Of a DNA stretch of 64,000 nt, positions 1 through 13,216 are shown piece after piece. Each line of letters starts with the position of its first letter. The first letter of the stretch is position 1. Both the position numbers and the translations under genes were made by a program. This stretch comes from the human T2T-CHM13v2.0 reference genome, Homo sapiens, in NCBI RefSeq assembly GCF_009914755.1, contig NC_060931.1. One strand, written 5' to 3'. The notes under the pieces are model-generated. The model was given only the letters and a program-made list of their open reading frames with translations, was not told where the DNA came from and did not search any database.

Positions 1-47
1 ACTCTGTTTGTAAAGTCTGCAAGTGGATATATGGACCGCATTGAGGC

Positions 48-64
48 CTTCGTTGGAAACGGGA
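48..64 (+). promoter_or_regulatory. CENP-B box, canonical (HOR box 1; recurs every HOR, lost in the 4-mer variants)
   Basis: cttcgttggaaacggga is an exact match to the canonical 17-bp CENP-B box; next copy at 1070-1086. Confidence 0.97.
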
Positions 65-387
65 TTTCTTCATTTCATGCTAGACAGAAGAATTCTCAGT
101 AACTTCTTTGTGCTGTGTGTATTCAACTCACAGAGTGGAACGTCCCTTTGCACAGAGCAGATTTGAAACACTCTTTTTGTGGAGTTTGCAAGTGGAGATT
201 TCAAGCGATTTGATGCCAACAGTAGAAAAGGAAATATCTTCAAATAAAAACTAGACAGAATCATTCTCAGAAACTACTTTGTGATGTGTGCCTTCAACTC
301 ACAGAGTTTAACCTTTCTTTTCTTAGAGCAGTTTAGAAACACTCCGCTTGTTATGTCTGCAAGTGGATATTTGGACCTCTTTGAGGC

Positions 388-404
388 CTTCGTTGCAAAC
401 GGGG
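388..404 (+). promoter_or_regulatory. CENP-B box, variant (HOR box 2; recurs every HOR)
   Basis: cttcgttgcaaacgggg differs from canonical at two non-essential positions and retains the nTTCGnnnnAnnCGGGn core. Confidence 0.9.
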
Positions 405-729
405 TTTCTTCCTTTCATGCTAGACTAAGAAGAGTTCTCAGTAACTTTTTTGTGTTGTGTGTATTCAACTCACAGAGTTGAACCTTGCTTTAGAGAGAGC
501 AGATTTGAAACACTCTTGCTGTGGCATTTTCAGGTGGAGATTTCAAGCGATTTGAGGACAATTGCAGAAAAGGAAATATCTTCGTATAATAACCAGACAG
601 AATCATTCTCAGAAAGTGCTTTGTGATGTGTGCGTTCAACTCACAGAGTTTAACCTTTCTTTTCATAGAGGAGTTTGGAAACACACTGTTTGTAAAGTCT
701 GCAAGTGGATATATGGACCTGTTTGAGGC

Positions 730-746
730 CTTCGTTGGAAACGGGA
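730..746 (+). promoter_or_regulatory. CENP-B box, canonical (HOR box 3; recurs every HOR)
   Basis: cttcgttggaaacggga exact match. By period arithmetic (64 units x 3, minus 4 deleted) there are 188 box positions in the window. Confidence 0.97.
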
Positions 747-3700
747 TTTCTTCATTGAATGCTAGACGGAAGAATTCTCAGTAAATTCTTTGTGTTGTGT
801 GCATTCAACTCACAGAGTGGAACGTCCCTTTAGACACAGCAGATTTGAAACACTCTTTTTGCGGAATTTGCAAGTGGAGATTTCTAGCCATTTGATGCCA
901 ACAGTAGAAAGGGAAATATCTTCAAATAAAAACCAGACAGAATCATTCTCAGAAAATTCTTTGTGATGTGTGCGTTCAACTCACATAGTTTAACCTTTCT
1001 TTTCATAGAGCAGTTTGGAAACACTCTGTTTGTAAAGTCCGCAAGTGGATATATGGACCGCATTGAGGCCTTCGTTGGAAACGGGATTTCTTCATTTCAT
1101 GCTAGACAGAAGAATTCTCAGTAACTTCTTTGTGCTGTGTGTATTCAACTCACAGAGTGGAACGTCCCTTTGCACAGAGCAGATTTGAAACACTCTTTTT
1201 GTGGAGTTTGCAAGTGGAGATTTCAAGCGATTTGATGCCAACAGTAGAAAAGGAAATATCTTCAAATAAAAACTAGACAGAATCATTCTCAGAAACTACT
1301 TTGTGATGTGTGCCTTCAACTCACAGAGTTCAACCTTTCTTTTCTTAGAGCAGTTTAGAAACACTCTGCTTGTTATGTCTGCAAGTGGATATTTGGACCT
1401 CTTTGAGGCCTTCGTTGCAAACGGGGTTTCTTCCTTTCATGCTAGACTAAGAAGAGTTCTCAGTAACTTTTTTGTGTTGTGTGTATTCAACTCACAGAGT
1501 TGAACCTTGCTTTAGAGAGAGCAGATTTGAAACACTCTTGCTGTGGCATTTTCAGGTGGAGATTTCAAGCGATTTGAGGACAATTGCAGAAAAGGAAATA
1601 TCTTCGTATAATAACCAGACAGAATCATTCTCAGAAAGTGCTTTGTGATGTGTGCGTTCAACTCACAGAGTTTAACCTTTCTTTTCATAGAGGAGTTTGG
1701 AAACACACTGTTTGTAAAGTCTGCAAGTGGATACATGGACCTGTTTGAGGCCTTCGTTGGAAACGGGATTTCTTCATTGAATGCTAGACGGAAGAATTCT
1801 CAGTAAATTCTTTGTGTTGTGTGCATTCAACTCACAGAGTGGAACGTCCCTTTAGACAGAGCAGATTTGAAACACTCTTTTTGCGGAATTTGCAAGTGGA
1901 GATTTCTAGCCATTTGATGCCAACAGTAGAAAGGGAAATATCTTCAAATAAAAACCAGACAGAATCATTCTCAGAAAATTCTTTGTGATGTGTGCGTTCA
2001 ACTCACATAGTTTAACCTTTCTTTTCATAGAGCAGTTTGGAAACACTCTGTTTGTAAAGTCTGCAAGTGGATATATGGACCGCATTGAGGCCTTCGTTGG
2101 AAACGGGATTTCTTCATTTCATGCTAGACAGAAGAATTCTCAGTAACTTCTTTGTGCTGTGTGTATTCAACTCACAGAGTGGAACGTCCCTTTACACAGA
2201 GCAGATTTGAAACACTCTTTTTGTGGAGTTTGCAAGTGGAGATTTCAAGCGATTTGATGCCAACAGTAGAAAAGGAAATATCTTCAAATAAAAACTAGAC
2301 AGAATCATTCTCAGAAACTACTTTGTGATGTGTGCCTTCAACTCACAGAGTTTAACCTTTCTTTTCTTAGAGCAGTTTAGAAACACTCTGCTTGTTATGT
2401 CTGCAAGTGGATATTTGGACCTCTTTGAGGCGTTCGTTGCAAACGGGGTTTCTTCCTTTCATGCTAGACTAAGAAGAGTTCTCAGTAACTTTTTTGTGTT
2501 GTGTGTATTCAACTCACAGAGTTGAACCTTGCTTTAGAGAGAGCAGATTTGAAACACTCTTGCTGTGGCATTTTCAGGTGGATATTTCAAGCGATTTGAG
2601 GACAATTGCAGAAAAGGAAATATCTTCGTATAATAACCAGACAGAATCATTCTCAGAAAGTGCTTTGTGATGTGTGCGTTCAACTCACAGAGTTTAACCT
2701 TTCTTTTCATAGAGGAGTTTGGAAACACACTGTTTGTAAAGTCTGCAAGTGGATATATGGACCTGTTTGAGGCCTTCGTTGGAAACGGGATTTCTTCATT
2801 GAATGCTAGACGGAAGAATTCTCAGTAAATTCTTTGTGTTGTGTGCATTCAACTCACAGAGTGGAACGTCCCTTTAGACAGAGCAGATTTGAAACACTCT
2901 TTTTGCGGAATTTGCAAGTGGAGATTTCTAGCCATTTGATGCCAACAGTAGAAAGGGAAATATCTTCAAATAAAAACCAGACAGAATCATTCTCAGAAAA
3001 TTCTTTGTGATGTGTGCGTTCAACTCACATAGTTTAACCTTTCTTTTCATAGAGCAGTTTGGAAACACTCTGTTTGTAAAGTCTGCAAGTGGATATATGG
3101 ACCGCATTGAGGCCTTCGTTGGAAACGGGATTTCTTCATTTCATGCTAGACAGAAGAATTCTCAGTAACTTCTTTGTGCTGTGTGTATTCAACTCACAGA
3201 GTGGAACGTCCCTTTGCACAGAGCAGATTTGAAACACTCTTTTTGTGGAGTTTGCAAGTGGAGATTTCAAGCGATTTGATGCCAACAGTAGAAAAGGAAA
3301 TATCTTCAAATAAAAACTAGACAGAATCATTCTCAGAAACTACTTTGTGATGTGTGCCTTCAACTCACAGAGTTTAACCTTTCTTTTCTTAGAGCAGTTT
3401 AGAAACACTCTGCTTGTTATGTCTGCAAGTGGATATTTGGACCTCTTTGAGGCCTTCGTTGCAAACGGGGTTTCTTCCTTTCATGCTAGACTAAGAAGAG
3501 TTCTCAGTAACTTTTTTGTGTTGTGTGTATTCAACTCACAGAGTTGAACCTTGCTTTAGAGAGAGCAGATTTGAAACACTCTTGCTGTGGCATTTTCAGG
3601 TGGAGATTTCAAGCGATTTGAGGACAATTGCAGAAAAGGAAATATCTTCGTATAATAACCAGACAGAATCATTCTCAGAAAGTGCTTTGTGATGTGTGCG

Positions 3701-4397
3701 TTCAACTCACAGAGTTTAACCTTTCTTTTCATAGAGGAGTTTGGAAACACACTGTTTGTAAAGTCTGCAAGTGGATACATGGACCTGTTTGAGGCCTTCG
3801 TTGGAAACGGGATTTCTTCATTGAATGCTAGACGGAAGAATTCTCAGTAAATTCTTTGTGTTGTGTGCATTCAACTCACAGAGTGGAACGTCCCTTTAGA
3901 CAGAGCAGATTTGAAACACTCTTTTTGCGGAATTTGCAAGTGGAGATTTCTAGCCATTTGATGCCAACAGTAGAAAGGGAAATATCTTCAAATAAAAACC
4001 AGACAGAATCATTCTCAGAAAATTCTTTGTGATGTGTGCGTTCAACTCACATAGTTTAACCTTTCTTTTCATAGAGCAGTTTGGAAACACTCTGTTTGTA
4101 AAGTCTGCAAGTGGATATATGGACCGCATTGAGGCCTTCGTTGGAAACGGGATTTCTTCATTTCATGCTAGACAGAAGAATTCTCAGTAACTTCTTTGTG
4201 CTGTGTGTATTCAACTCACAGAGTGGAACGTCCCTTTGCACAGAGCAGATTTGAAACACTCTTTTTGTGGAGTTTGCAAGTGGAGATTTCAAGCGATTTG
4301 ATGCCAACAGTAGAAAAGGAAATATCTTCAAATAAAAACTAGACAGAATCATTCTCAGAAACTACTTTGTGATGTGTGCCTTCAACTCACAGAGTTC

Positions 4398-7300
4398 AAC
4401 CTTTCTTTTCTTAGAGCAGTTTAGAAACACTCTGCTTGTTATGTCTGCAAGTGGATATTTGGACCTCTTTGAGGCCTTCGTTGCAAACGGGGTTTCTTCC
4501 TTTCATGCTAGACTAAGAAGAGTTCTCAGTAACTTTTTTGTGTTGTGTGTATTCAACTCACAGAGTTGAACCTTGCTTTAGAGAGAGCAGATTTGAAACA
4601 CTCTTGCTGTGGCATTTTCAGGTGGAGATTTCAAGCGATTTGAGGACAATTGCAGAAAAGGAAATATCTTCGTATAATAACCAGACAGAATCATTCTCAG
4701 AAAGTGCTTTGTGATGTGTGCGTTCAACTCACAGAGTTTAACCTTTCTTTTCATAGAGGAGTTTGGAAACACACTGTTTGTAAAGTCTGCAAGTGGATAC
4801 ATGGACCTGTTTGAGGCCTTCGTTGGAAACGGGATTTCTTCATTGAATGCTAGACGGAAGAATTCTCAGTAAATTCTTTGTGTTGTGTGCATTCAACTCA
4901 CAGAGTGGAACGTCCCTTTAGACAGAGCAGATTTGAAACACTCTTTTTGCGGAATTTGCAAGTGGAGATTTCTAGCCATTTGATGCCAACAGTAGAAAGG
5001 GAAATATCTTCAAATAAAAACCAGACAGAATCATTCTCAGCAAATTCTTTGTGATGTGTGCGTTCAACTCACATAGTTTAACCTTGATTTTCATAGAGCA
5101 GTTTGGAAACACTCTGTTTGTAAAGTCTGCAAGTGGATATATGGACCGCATTGAGGCCTTCGTTGGAAACGGGATTTCTTCATTTCATGCTAGACAGAAG
5201 AATTCTCAGTAACTTCTTTGTGCTGTGTGTATTCAACTCACAGAGTGGAACGTCCCTTTGCACAGAGCAGATTTGAAACACTCTTTTTGTGGCGTTTGCA
5301 AGTGGATATTTCAAGCGATTTGATGCCAACAGTAGAAAAGGAAATATCTTCAAATAAAAACTAGACAGAATCATTCTCAGAAACTACTTTGTGATGTGTG
5401 CCTTCAACTCACAGAGTTTAACCTTTCTTTTCTTAGAGCAGTTTAGAAACACTCTGCTTGTTATGTCTGCAAGTGGATATTTGGACCTCTTTGAGGCCTT
5501 CGTTGCAAACGGGTTTTCTTCCTTTCATGCTAGACTAAGAAGAGTTCTCAGTAACTTTTTTGTGTTGTGTGTATTCAACTCACAGAGTTGAACCTTGCTT
5601 TAGAGAGAGCAGATTTGAAACACTCTTGCTGTGGCATTTTCAGCTGGAGATTTCAAGCGATTTGAGGACAATTGCAGAAAAGGAAATATCTTCGTATAAT
5701 AACCAGACAGAATCATTCTCAGAAAGTGCTTTGTGATGTGTGCGTTCAACTCACAGAGTTTAACCTTTCTTTTCATAGAGGAGTTTGGAAACACACTGTT
5801 TGTAAAGACTGCAAGTGGATACATGGACCTGTTTGAGGCCTTCGTTGGAAACGGGATTTCTTCATTGAATGCTAGACGGAAGAATTCTCAGTAAATTCTT
5901 TGTGTTGTGTGCATTCAACTCACAGAGTGGAACGTCCCTTTAGACAGAGCAGATTTGAAACACTCTTTTTGCGGAATTTGCAAGTGGAGATTTCTAGCCA
6001 TTTGATGCCAACAGTAGAAAGGGAAATATCTTCAAATAAAAACCAGACAGAATCATTCTCAGAAAATTCTTTGTGATGTGTGCGTTCAACTCACATAGTT
6101 TAACCTTTCTTTTCATAGAGCAGTTTGGAAACACTCTGTTTGTAAAGTCTGCAAGTGGATATATGGACCGCATTGAGGCCTTCGTTGGAAACGGGATTTC
6201 TTCATTTCATGCTAGACAGAAGAATTCTCAGTAACTTCTTTGTGCCGTGTGTATTCAACTCACAGAGTGGAACGTCCCTTTGCACAGAGCAGATTTGAAA
6301 CACTCTTTTTGTGGAGTTTGCAAGTGGAGATTTCAAGCGATTTGATGCCAACAGTAGAAAAGGAAATATCTTCAAATAAAAACTAGACAGAATCATTCTC
6401 AGAAACTACTTTGTGATGTGTGCCTTCAACTCACAGAGTTTAACCTTTCTTTTCTTAGAGCAGTTTAGAAACACTCTGCTTGTTATGTCTGCAAGTGGAT
6501 ATTTGGACCTCTTTGAGGCCTTCGTTGCAAACGGGGTTTCTTCCTTTCATGCTAGACTAAGAAGAGTTCTCAGTAACTTTTTTGTGTTGTGTGTATTCAA
6601 CTCACAGAGTTGAACCTTGCTTTAGAGAGAGCAGATTTGAAACACTCTTGCTGTGGCATTTTCAGGTGGAGATTTCAAGCGATTTGAGGACAATTGCAGA
6701 AAAGGAAATATCTTCGTATAATAACCAGACAGAATCATTCTCAGAAAGTGCTTTGTGATGTGTGCGTTCAACTCACAAAGTTTAACCTTTCTTTTCATAG
6801 AGGAGTTTGGAAACACACTGTTTGTAAAGTCTGCAAGTGGATATATGGACCTGTTTGAGGCCTTCGTTGGAAACGGGATTTCTTCATTGAATGCTAGACG
6901 GAAGAATTCTCAGTAAATTCTTTGTGTTGTGTGCATTCAACTCACAGAGTGGAACGTCCCTTTAGACAGAGCAGATTTGAAACACTCTTTTTGCGGAATT
7001 TGCAAGTGGAGATTTCTAGCCATTTGATGCCAACAGTAGAAAGGGAAATATCTTCAAATAAAAACCAGACAGAATCATTCTCAGCAAATTCTTTGTGATG
7101 TGTGCGTTCAACTCACATAGTTTAACCTTTCTTTTCATAGAGCAGTTTGGAAACACTCTGTTTGTAAAGTCTGCAAGTGGATATATGGACCGCATTGAGG
7201 CCTTCGTTGGAAACGGGATTTCTTCATTTCATGCTAGACAGAAGAATTCTCAGTAACTTCTTTGTGCCGTGTGTATTCAACTCACAGAGTGGAACGTCCC

Positions 7301-10300
7301 TTTGCACAGAGCAGATTTGAAACACTCTTTTTGTGGAGTTTGCAAGTGGAGATTTCAAGCGATTTGATGCCAACAGTAGAAAAGGAAATATCTTCAAATA
7401 AAAACTAGACAGAATCATTCTCAGAAACTACTTTGTGATGTGTGCCTTCAACTCACAGAGTTTAACCTTTCTTTTCTTAGAGCAGTTTAGAAACACTCTG
7501 CTTGTTATGTCTGCAAGTGGATATTTGGACCTCTTTGAGGCCTTCGTTGCAAACGGGGTTTCTTCCTTTCATGCTAGACTAAGAAGAGTTCTCAGTAACT
7601 TTTTTGTGTTGTGTGTATTCAACTCACAGAGTTGAACCTTGCTTTAGAGAGAGCAGATTTGAAACACTCTTGCTGTGGCATTTTCAGGTGGAGATTTCAA
7701 GCGATTTGAGGACAATTGCAGAAAAGGAAATATCTTCGTATAATAACCAGACAGAATCATTCTCAGAAAGTGCTTTGTGATGTGTGCGTTCAACTCACAG
7801 AGTTTAACCTTTCTTTTCATAGAGGAGTTTGGAAACACACTGTTTGTAAAGTCTGCAAGTGGATATATGGACCTGTTTGAGGCCTTCGTTGGAAACGGGA
7901 TTTCTTCATTGAATGCTAGACGGAAGAATTCTCAGTAAATTCTTTGTGTTGTGTGCATTCAACTCACAGAGTGGAACGTCCCTTTAGACAGAGCAGATTT
8001 GAAACACTCTTTTTGCGGAATTTGCAAGTGGAGATTTCTAGCCATTTGATGCCAACAGTAGAAAGGGAAATATCTTCAAATAAAAACCAGACAGAATCAT
8101 TCTCAGAAAATTCTTTGTGATGTGTGCGTTCAACTCACATAGTTTAACCTTTCTTTTCATAGAGCAGTTTGGAAACACTCTGTTTGTAAAGTCTGCAAGT
8201 GGATATATGGACCGCATTGAGGCCTTCGTTGGAAACGGGATTTCTTCATTTCATGCTAGACAGAAGAATTCTCAGTAACTTCTTTGTGCTGTGTGTATTC
8301 AACTCACAGAGTGGAACGTCCCTTTGCACAGAGCAGATTTGAAACACTCTTTTTGTGGAGTTTGCAAGTGGAGATTTCAAGCGATTTGATGCCAACAGTA
8401 GAAAAGGAAATATCTTCAAATAAAAACTAGACAGAATCATTCTCAGAAACTACTTTGTGATGTGTGCCTTCAACTCACAGAGTTTAACCTTTCTTTTCTT
8501 AGAGCAGTTTAGAAACACTCTGCTTGTTATGTCTGCAAGTGGATATTTGGACCTCTTTGAGGCCTTCGTTGCAAACGGGGTTTCTTCCTTTCATGCTAGA
8601 CTAAGAAGAGTTCTCAGTAACTTTTTTGTGTTGTGTGTATTCAACTCACAGAGTTGAACCTTGCTTTAGAGAGAGCAGATTTGAAACACTCTTGCTGTGG
8701 CATTTTCAGGTGGAGATTTCAAGCGATTTGAGGACAATTGCAGAAAAGGAAATATCTTCGTATAATAACCAGACAGAATCATTCTCAGAAAGTGCTTTGT
8801 GATGTGTGCGTTCAACTCACAGAGTTTAACCTTTCTTTTCATAGAGGAGTTTGGAAACACACTGTTTGTAAAGTCTGCAAGTGTATATATGGACCTGTTT
8901 GAGGCCTTCGTTGGAAACGGGATTTCTTCATTGAATGCTAGACGGAAGAATTCTCAGTAAATTCTTTGTGTTGTGTGCATTCAACTCACAGAGTGGAACG
9001 TCCCTTTAGACAGAGCAGATTTGGAACACTCTTTTTGCGGAATTTGCAAGTGGAGATTTCTAGCCATTTGATGCCAACAGTAGAAAGGGAAATATCTTCA
9101 AATAAAAACCAGACAGAATCATTCTCAGAAAATTCTTTGTGATGTGTGCGTTCAACTCACATAGTTTAACCTTTCTTTTCATAGAGCAGTTTGGAAACAC
9201 TCTGTTTGTAAAGTCTGCAAGTGGATATATGGACCGCATTGAGGCCTTCGTTGGAAACGGGATTTCTTCATTTCATGCTAGACAGAAGAATTCTCAGTAA
9301 CTTCTTTGTGCTGTGTGTATTCAACTCACAGAGTGGAACGTCCCTTTGCACAGAGCAGATTTGAAACACTCTTTTTGTGGAGTTTGCAAGTGGAGATTTC
9401 AAGCGATTTGATGCCAACAGTAGAAAAGGAAATATCTTCAAATAAAAACTAGACAGAATCATTCTCAGAAACTACTTTGTGATGTGTGCCTTCAACTCAC
9501 AGAGTTCAACCTTTCTTTTCTTAGAGCAGTTTAGAAACACTCTGCTTGTTATGTCTGCAAGTGGATATTTGGACCTCTTTGAGGCCTTCGTTGCAAACGG
9601 GGTTTCTTCCTTTCATGCTAGACTAAGAAGAGTTCTCAGTAACTTTTTTGTGTTGTGTGTATTCAACTCACAGAGTTGAACCTTGCTTTAGAGAGAGCAG
9701 ATTTGAAACACTCTTGCTGTGGCATTTTCAGGTGGAGATTTCAAGCGATTTGAGGACAATTGCAGAAAAGGAAATATCTTCGTATAATAACCAGACAGAA
9801 TCATTCTCAGAAAGTGCTTTGTGATGTGTGCGTTCAACTCACAGAGTTTAACCTTTCTTTTCATAGAGGAGTTTGGAAACACACTGTTTGTAAAGTCTGC
9901 AAGTGGATACATGGACCTGTTTGAGGCCTTCGTTGGAAACGGGATTTCTTCATTGAATGCTAGACGGAAGAATTCTCAGTAAATTCTTTGTGTTGTGTGC
10001 ATTCAACTCACAGAGTGGAACGTCCCTTTAGACAGAGCAGATTTGAAACACTCTTTTTGCGGAATTTGCAAGTGGAGATTTCTAGCCATTTGATGCCAAC
10101 AGTAGAAAGGGAAATATCTTCAAATAAAAACCAGACAGAATCATTCTCAGCAAATTCTTTGTGATGTGTGCGTTCAACTCACATAGTTTAACCTTTCTTT
10201 TCATAGAGCAGTTTGGAAACACTCTGTTTGTAAAGTCTGCAAGTGGATATATGGACCGCATTGAGGCCTTCGTTGGAAACGGGATTTCTTCATTTCATGC

Positions 10301-13216
10301 TAGACAGAAGAATTCTCAGTAACTTCTTTGTGCTGTGTGTATTCAACTCACAGAGTGGAACGTCCCTTTGCACAGAGCAGATTTGAAACACTCTTTTTGT
10401 GGAGTTTGCAAGTGGAGATTTCAAGCGATTTGATGCCAACAGTAGAAAAGGAAATATCTTCAAATAAAAACTAGACAGAATCATTCTCAGAAACTACTTT
10501 GTGATGTGTGCCTTCAACTCACAGAGTTTAACCTTTCTTTTCTTAGAGCAGTTTAGAAACACTCTGCTTGTTATGTCTGCAAGTGGATATTTGGACCTCT
10601 TTGAGGCCTTCGTTGCAAACGGGTTTTCTTCCTTTCATGCTAGACTAAGAAGAGTTCTCAGTAACTTTTTTGTGTTGTGTGTATTCAACTCACAGAGTTG
10701 AACCTTGCTTTAGAGAGAGCAGATTTGAAACACTCTTGCTGTGGCATTTTCAGGTGGAGATTTCAAGCGATTTGAGGACAATTGCAGAAAAGGAAATATC
10801 TTCGTATAATAACCAGACAGAATCATTCTCAGAAAGTGCTTTGTGATGTGTGCGTTCAACTCACAGAGTTTAACCTTTCTTTTCATAGAGGAGTTTGGAA
10901 ACACACTGTTTGTAAAGTCTGCAAGTGGATACATGGACCTGTTTGAGGCCTTCGTTGGAAACGGGATTTCTTCATTGAATGCTAGACGGAAGAATTCTCA
11001 GTAAATTCTTTGTGTTGTGTGCATTCAACTCACAGAGTGGAACGTCCCTTTAGACAGAGCAGATTTGAAACACTCTTTTTGCGGAATTTGCAAGTGGAGA
11101 TTTCTAGCCATTTGATGCCAACAGTAGAAAGGGAAATATCTTCAAATAAAAACCAGACAGAATCATTCTCAGAAAATTCTTTGTGATGTGTGCGTTCAAC
11201 TCACATAGTTTAACCTTTCTTTTCATAGAGCAGTTTGGAAACACTCTGTTTGTAAAGTCTGCAAGTGGATATATGGACCGCATTGAGGCCTTCGTTGGAA
11301 ACGGGATTTCTTCATTTCATGCTAGACAGAAGAATTCTCAGTAACTTCTTTGTGCTGTGTGTATTCAACTCACAGAGTGGAACGTCCCTTTGCACAGAGC
11401 AGATTTGAAACACTCTTTTTGTGGAGTTTGCAAGTGGAGATTTCAAGCGATTTGATGCCAACAGTAGAAAAGGAAATATCTTCAAATAGAAACTAGACAG
11501 AATCATTCTCAGAAACTACTTTGTGATGTGTGCCTTCAACTCACAGAGTTTAACCTTTCTTTTCTTAGAGCAGTTTAGAAACACTCTGCTTGTTATGTCT
11601 GCAAGTGGATATTTGGACCTCTTTGAGGCCTTCGTTGCAAACGGGGTTTCTTCCTTTCATGCTAGACTAAGAAGAGTTCTCAGTAACTTTTTTGTGTTGT
11701 GTGTATTCAACTCACAGAGTTGAACCTTGCTTTAGAGAGAGCAGATTTGAAACACTCTTGCTGTGGCATTTTCAGGTGGAGATTTCAAGCGATTTGAGGA
11801 CAATTGCAGAAAAGGAAATATCTTCGTATAATAACCAGACAGAATCATTCTCAGAAAGTGCTTTGTGATGTGTGCGTTCAACTCACAGAGTTTAACCTTT
11901 CTTTTCATAGAGGAGTTTGGAAACACACTGTTTGTAAAGTCTGCAAGTGGATATATGGACCTGTTTGAGGCCTTCGTTGGAAACGGGATTTCTTCATTGA
12001 ATGCTAGACGGAAGAATTCTCAGTAAATTCTTTGTGTTGTGTGCATTCAACTCACAGAGTGGAACGTCCCTTTAGACACAGCAGATTTGAAACACTCTTT
12101 TTGCGGAATTTGCAAGTGGAGATTTCTAGCCATTTGATGCCAACAGTAGAAAGGGAAATATCTTCAAATAAAAACCAGACAGAATCATTCTCAGAAAATT
12201 CTTTGTGATGTGTGCGTTCAACTCACATAGTTTAACCTTTCTTTTCATAGAGCAGTTTGGAAACACTCTGTTTGTAAAGTCTGCAAGTGGATATATGGAC
12301 CGCATTGAGGCCTTCGTTGGAAACGGGATTTCTTCATTTCATGCTAGACAGAAGAATTCTCAGTAACTTCTTTGTGCTGTGTGTATTCAACTCACAGAGT
12401 GGAACGTCCCTTTGCACAGAGCAGATTTGAAACACTCTTTTTGTGGAGTTTGCAAGTGGAGATTTCAAGCGATTTGATGCCAACAGTAGAAAAGGAAATA
12501 TCTTCAAATAAAAACTAGACAGAATCATTCTCAGAAACTACTTTGTGATGTGTGCCTTCAACTCACAGAGTTCAACCTTTCTTTTCTTAGAGCAGTTTAG
12601 AAACACTCTGCTTGTTATGTCTGCAAGTGGATATTTGGACCTCTTTGAGGCCTTCGTTGCAAACGGGGTTTCTTCCTTTCATGCTAGACTAAGAAGAGTT
12701 CTCAGTAACTTTTTTGTGTTGTGTGTATTCAACTCACAGAGTTGAACCTTGCTTTAGAGAGAGCAGATTTGAAACACTCTTGCTGTGGCATTTTCAGGTG
12801 GAGATTTCAAGCGATTTGAGGACAATTGCAGAAAAGGAAATATCTTCGTATAATAACCAGACAGAATCATTCTCAGAAAGTGCTTTGTGATGTGTGCGTT
12901 CAACTCACAGAGTTTAACCTTTCTTTTCATAGAGGAGTTTGGAAACACACTGTTTGTAAAGTCTGCAAGTGGATACATGGACCTGTTTGAGGCCTTCGTT
13001 GGAAACGGGATTTCTTCATTGAATGCTAGACGGAAGAATTCTCAGTAAATTCTTTGTGTTGTGTGCATTCAACTCACAGAGTGGAACGTCCCTTTAGACA
13101 GAGCAGATTTGAAACACTCTTTTTGCGGAATTTGCAAGTGGAGATTTCTAGCCATTTGATGCCAACAGTAGAAAGGGAAATATCTTCAAATAAAAACCAG
13201 ACAGAATCATTCTCAG
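4398..13216 (+). repeat. ~8.8-kb multi-HOR block, copy 1 (copy 2 at +36454)
   Basis: Rare variants shared at offset 36454: 5086-87/41540-41, 5293/41747, 5644/42098, 6778/43232, 9024/45478, 11489/47943, 12079/48533. Confidence 0.85.

Larger units (their letters stand above)
90..1111 (+). repeat. Representative complete 6-monomer HOR unit (EcoRI to EcoRI frame, 1022 bp)
   Basis: The sequence starting gaattctcagtaacttctttg at 90 recurs at 1112. The unit has three dimers, each one box-less monomer plus one CENP-B-box monomer. Confidence 0.95.

Noticed and set aside
586-591. TATAAT resembling a bacterial -10 box, once per HOR
   Set aside because: It is a short AT-rich chance match in eukaryotic satellite DNA with no downstream gene.
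2114-2308. Missing minus-strand ORF suggesting a structural change
   Set aside because: It is caused by a single G>A at 2194 that creates a stop codon; the period remains 1022.
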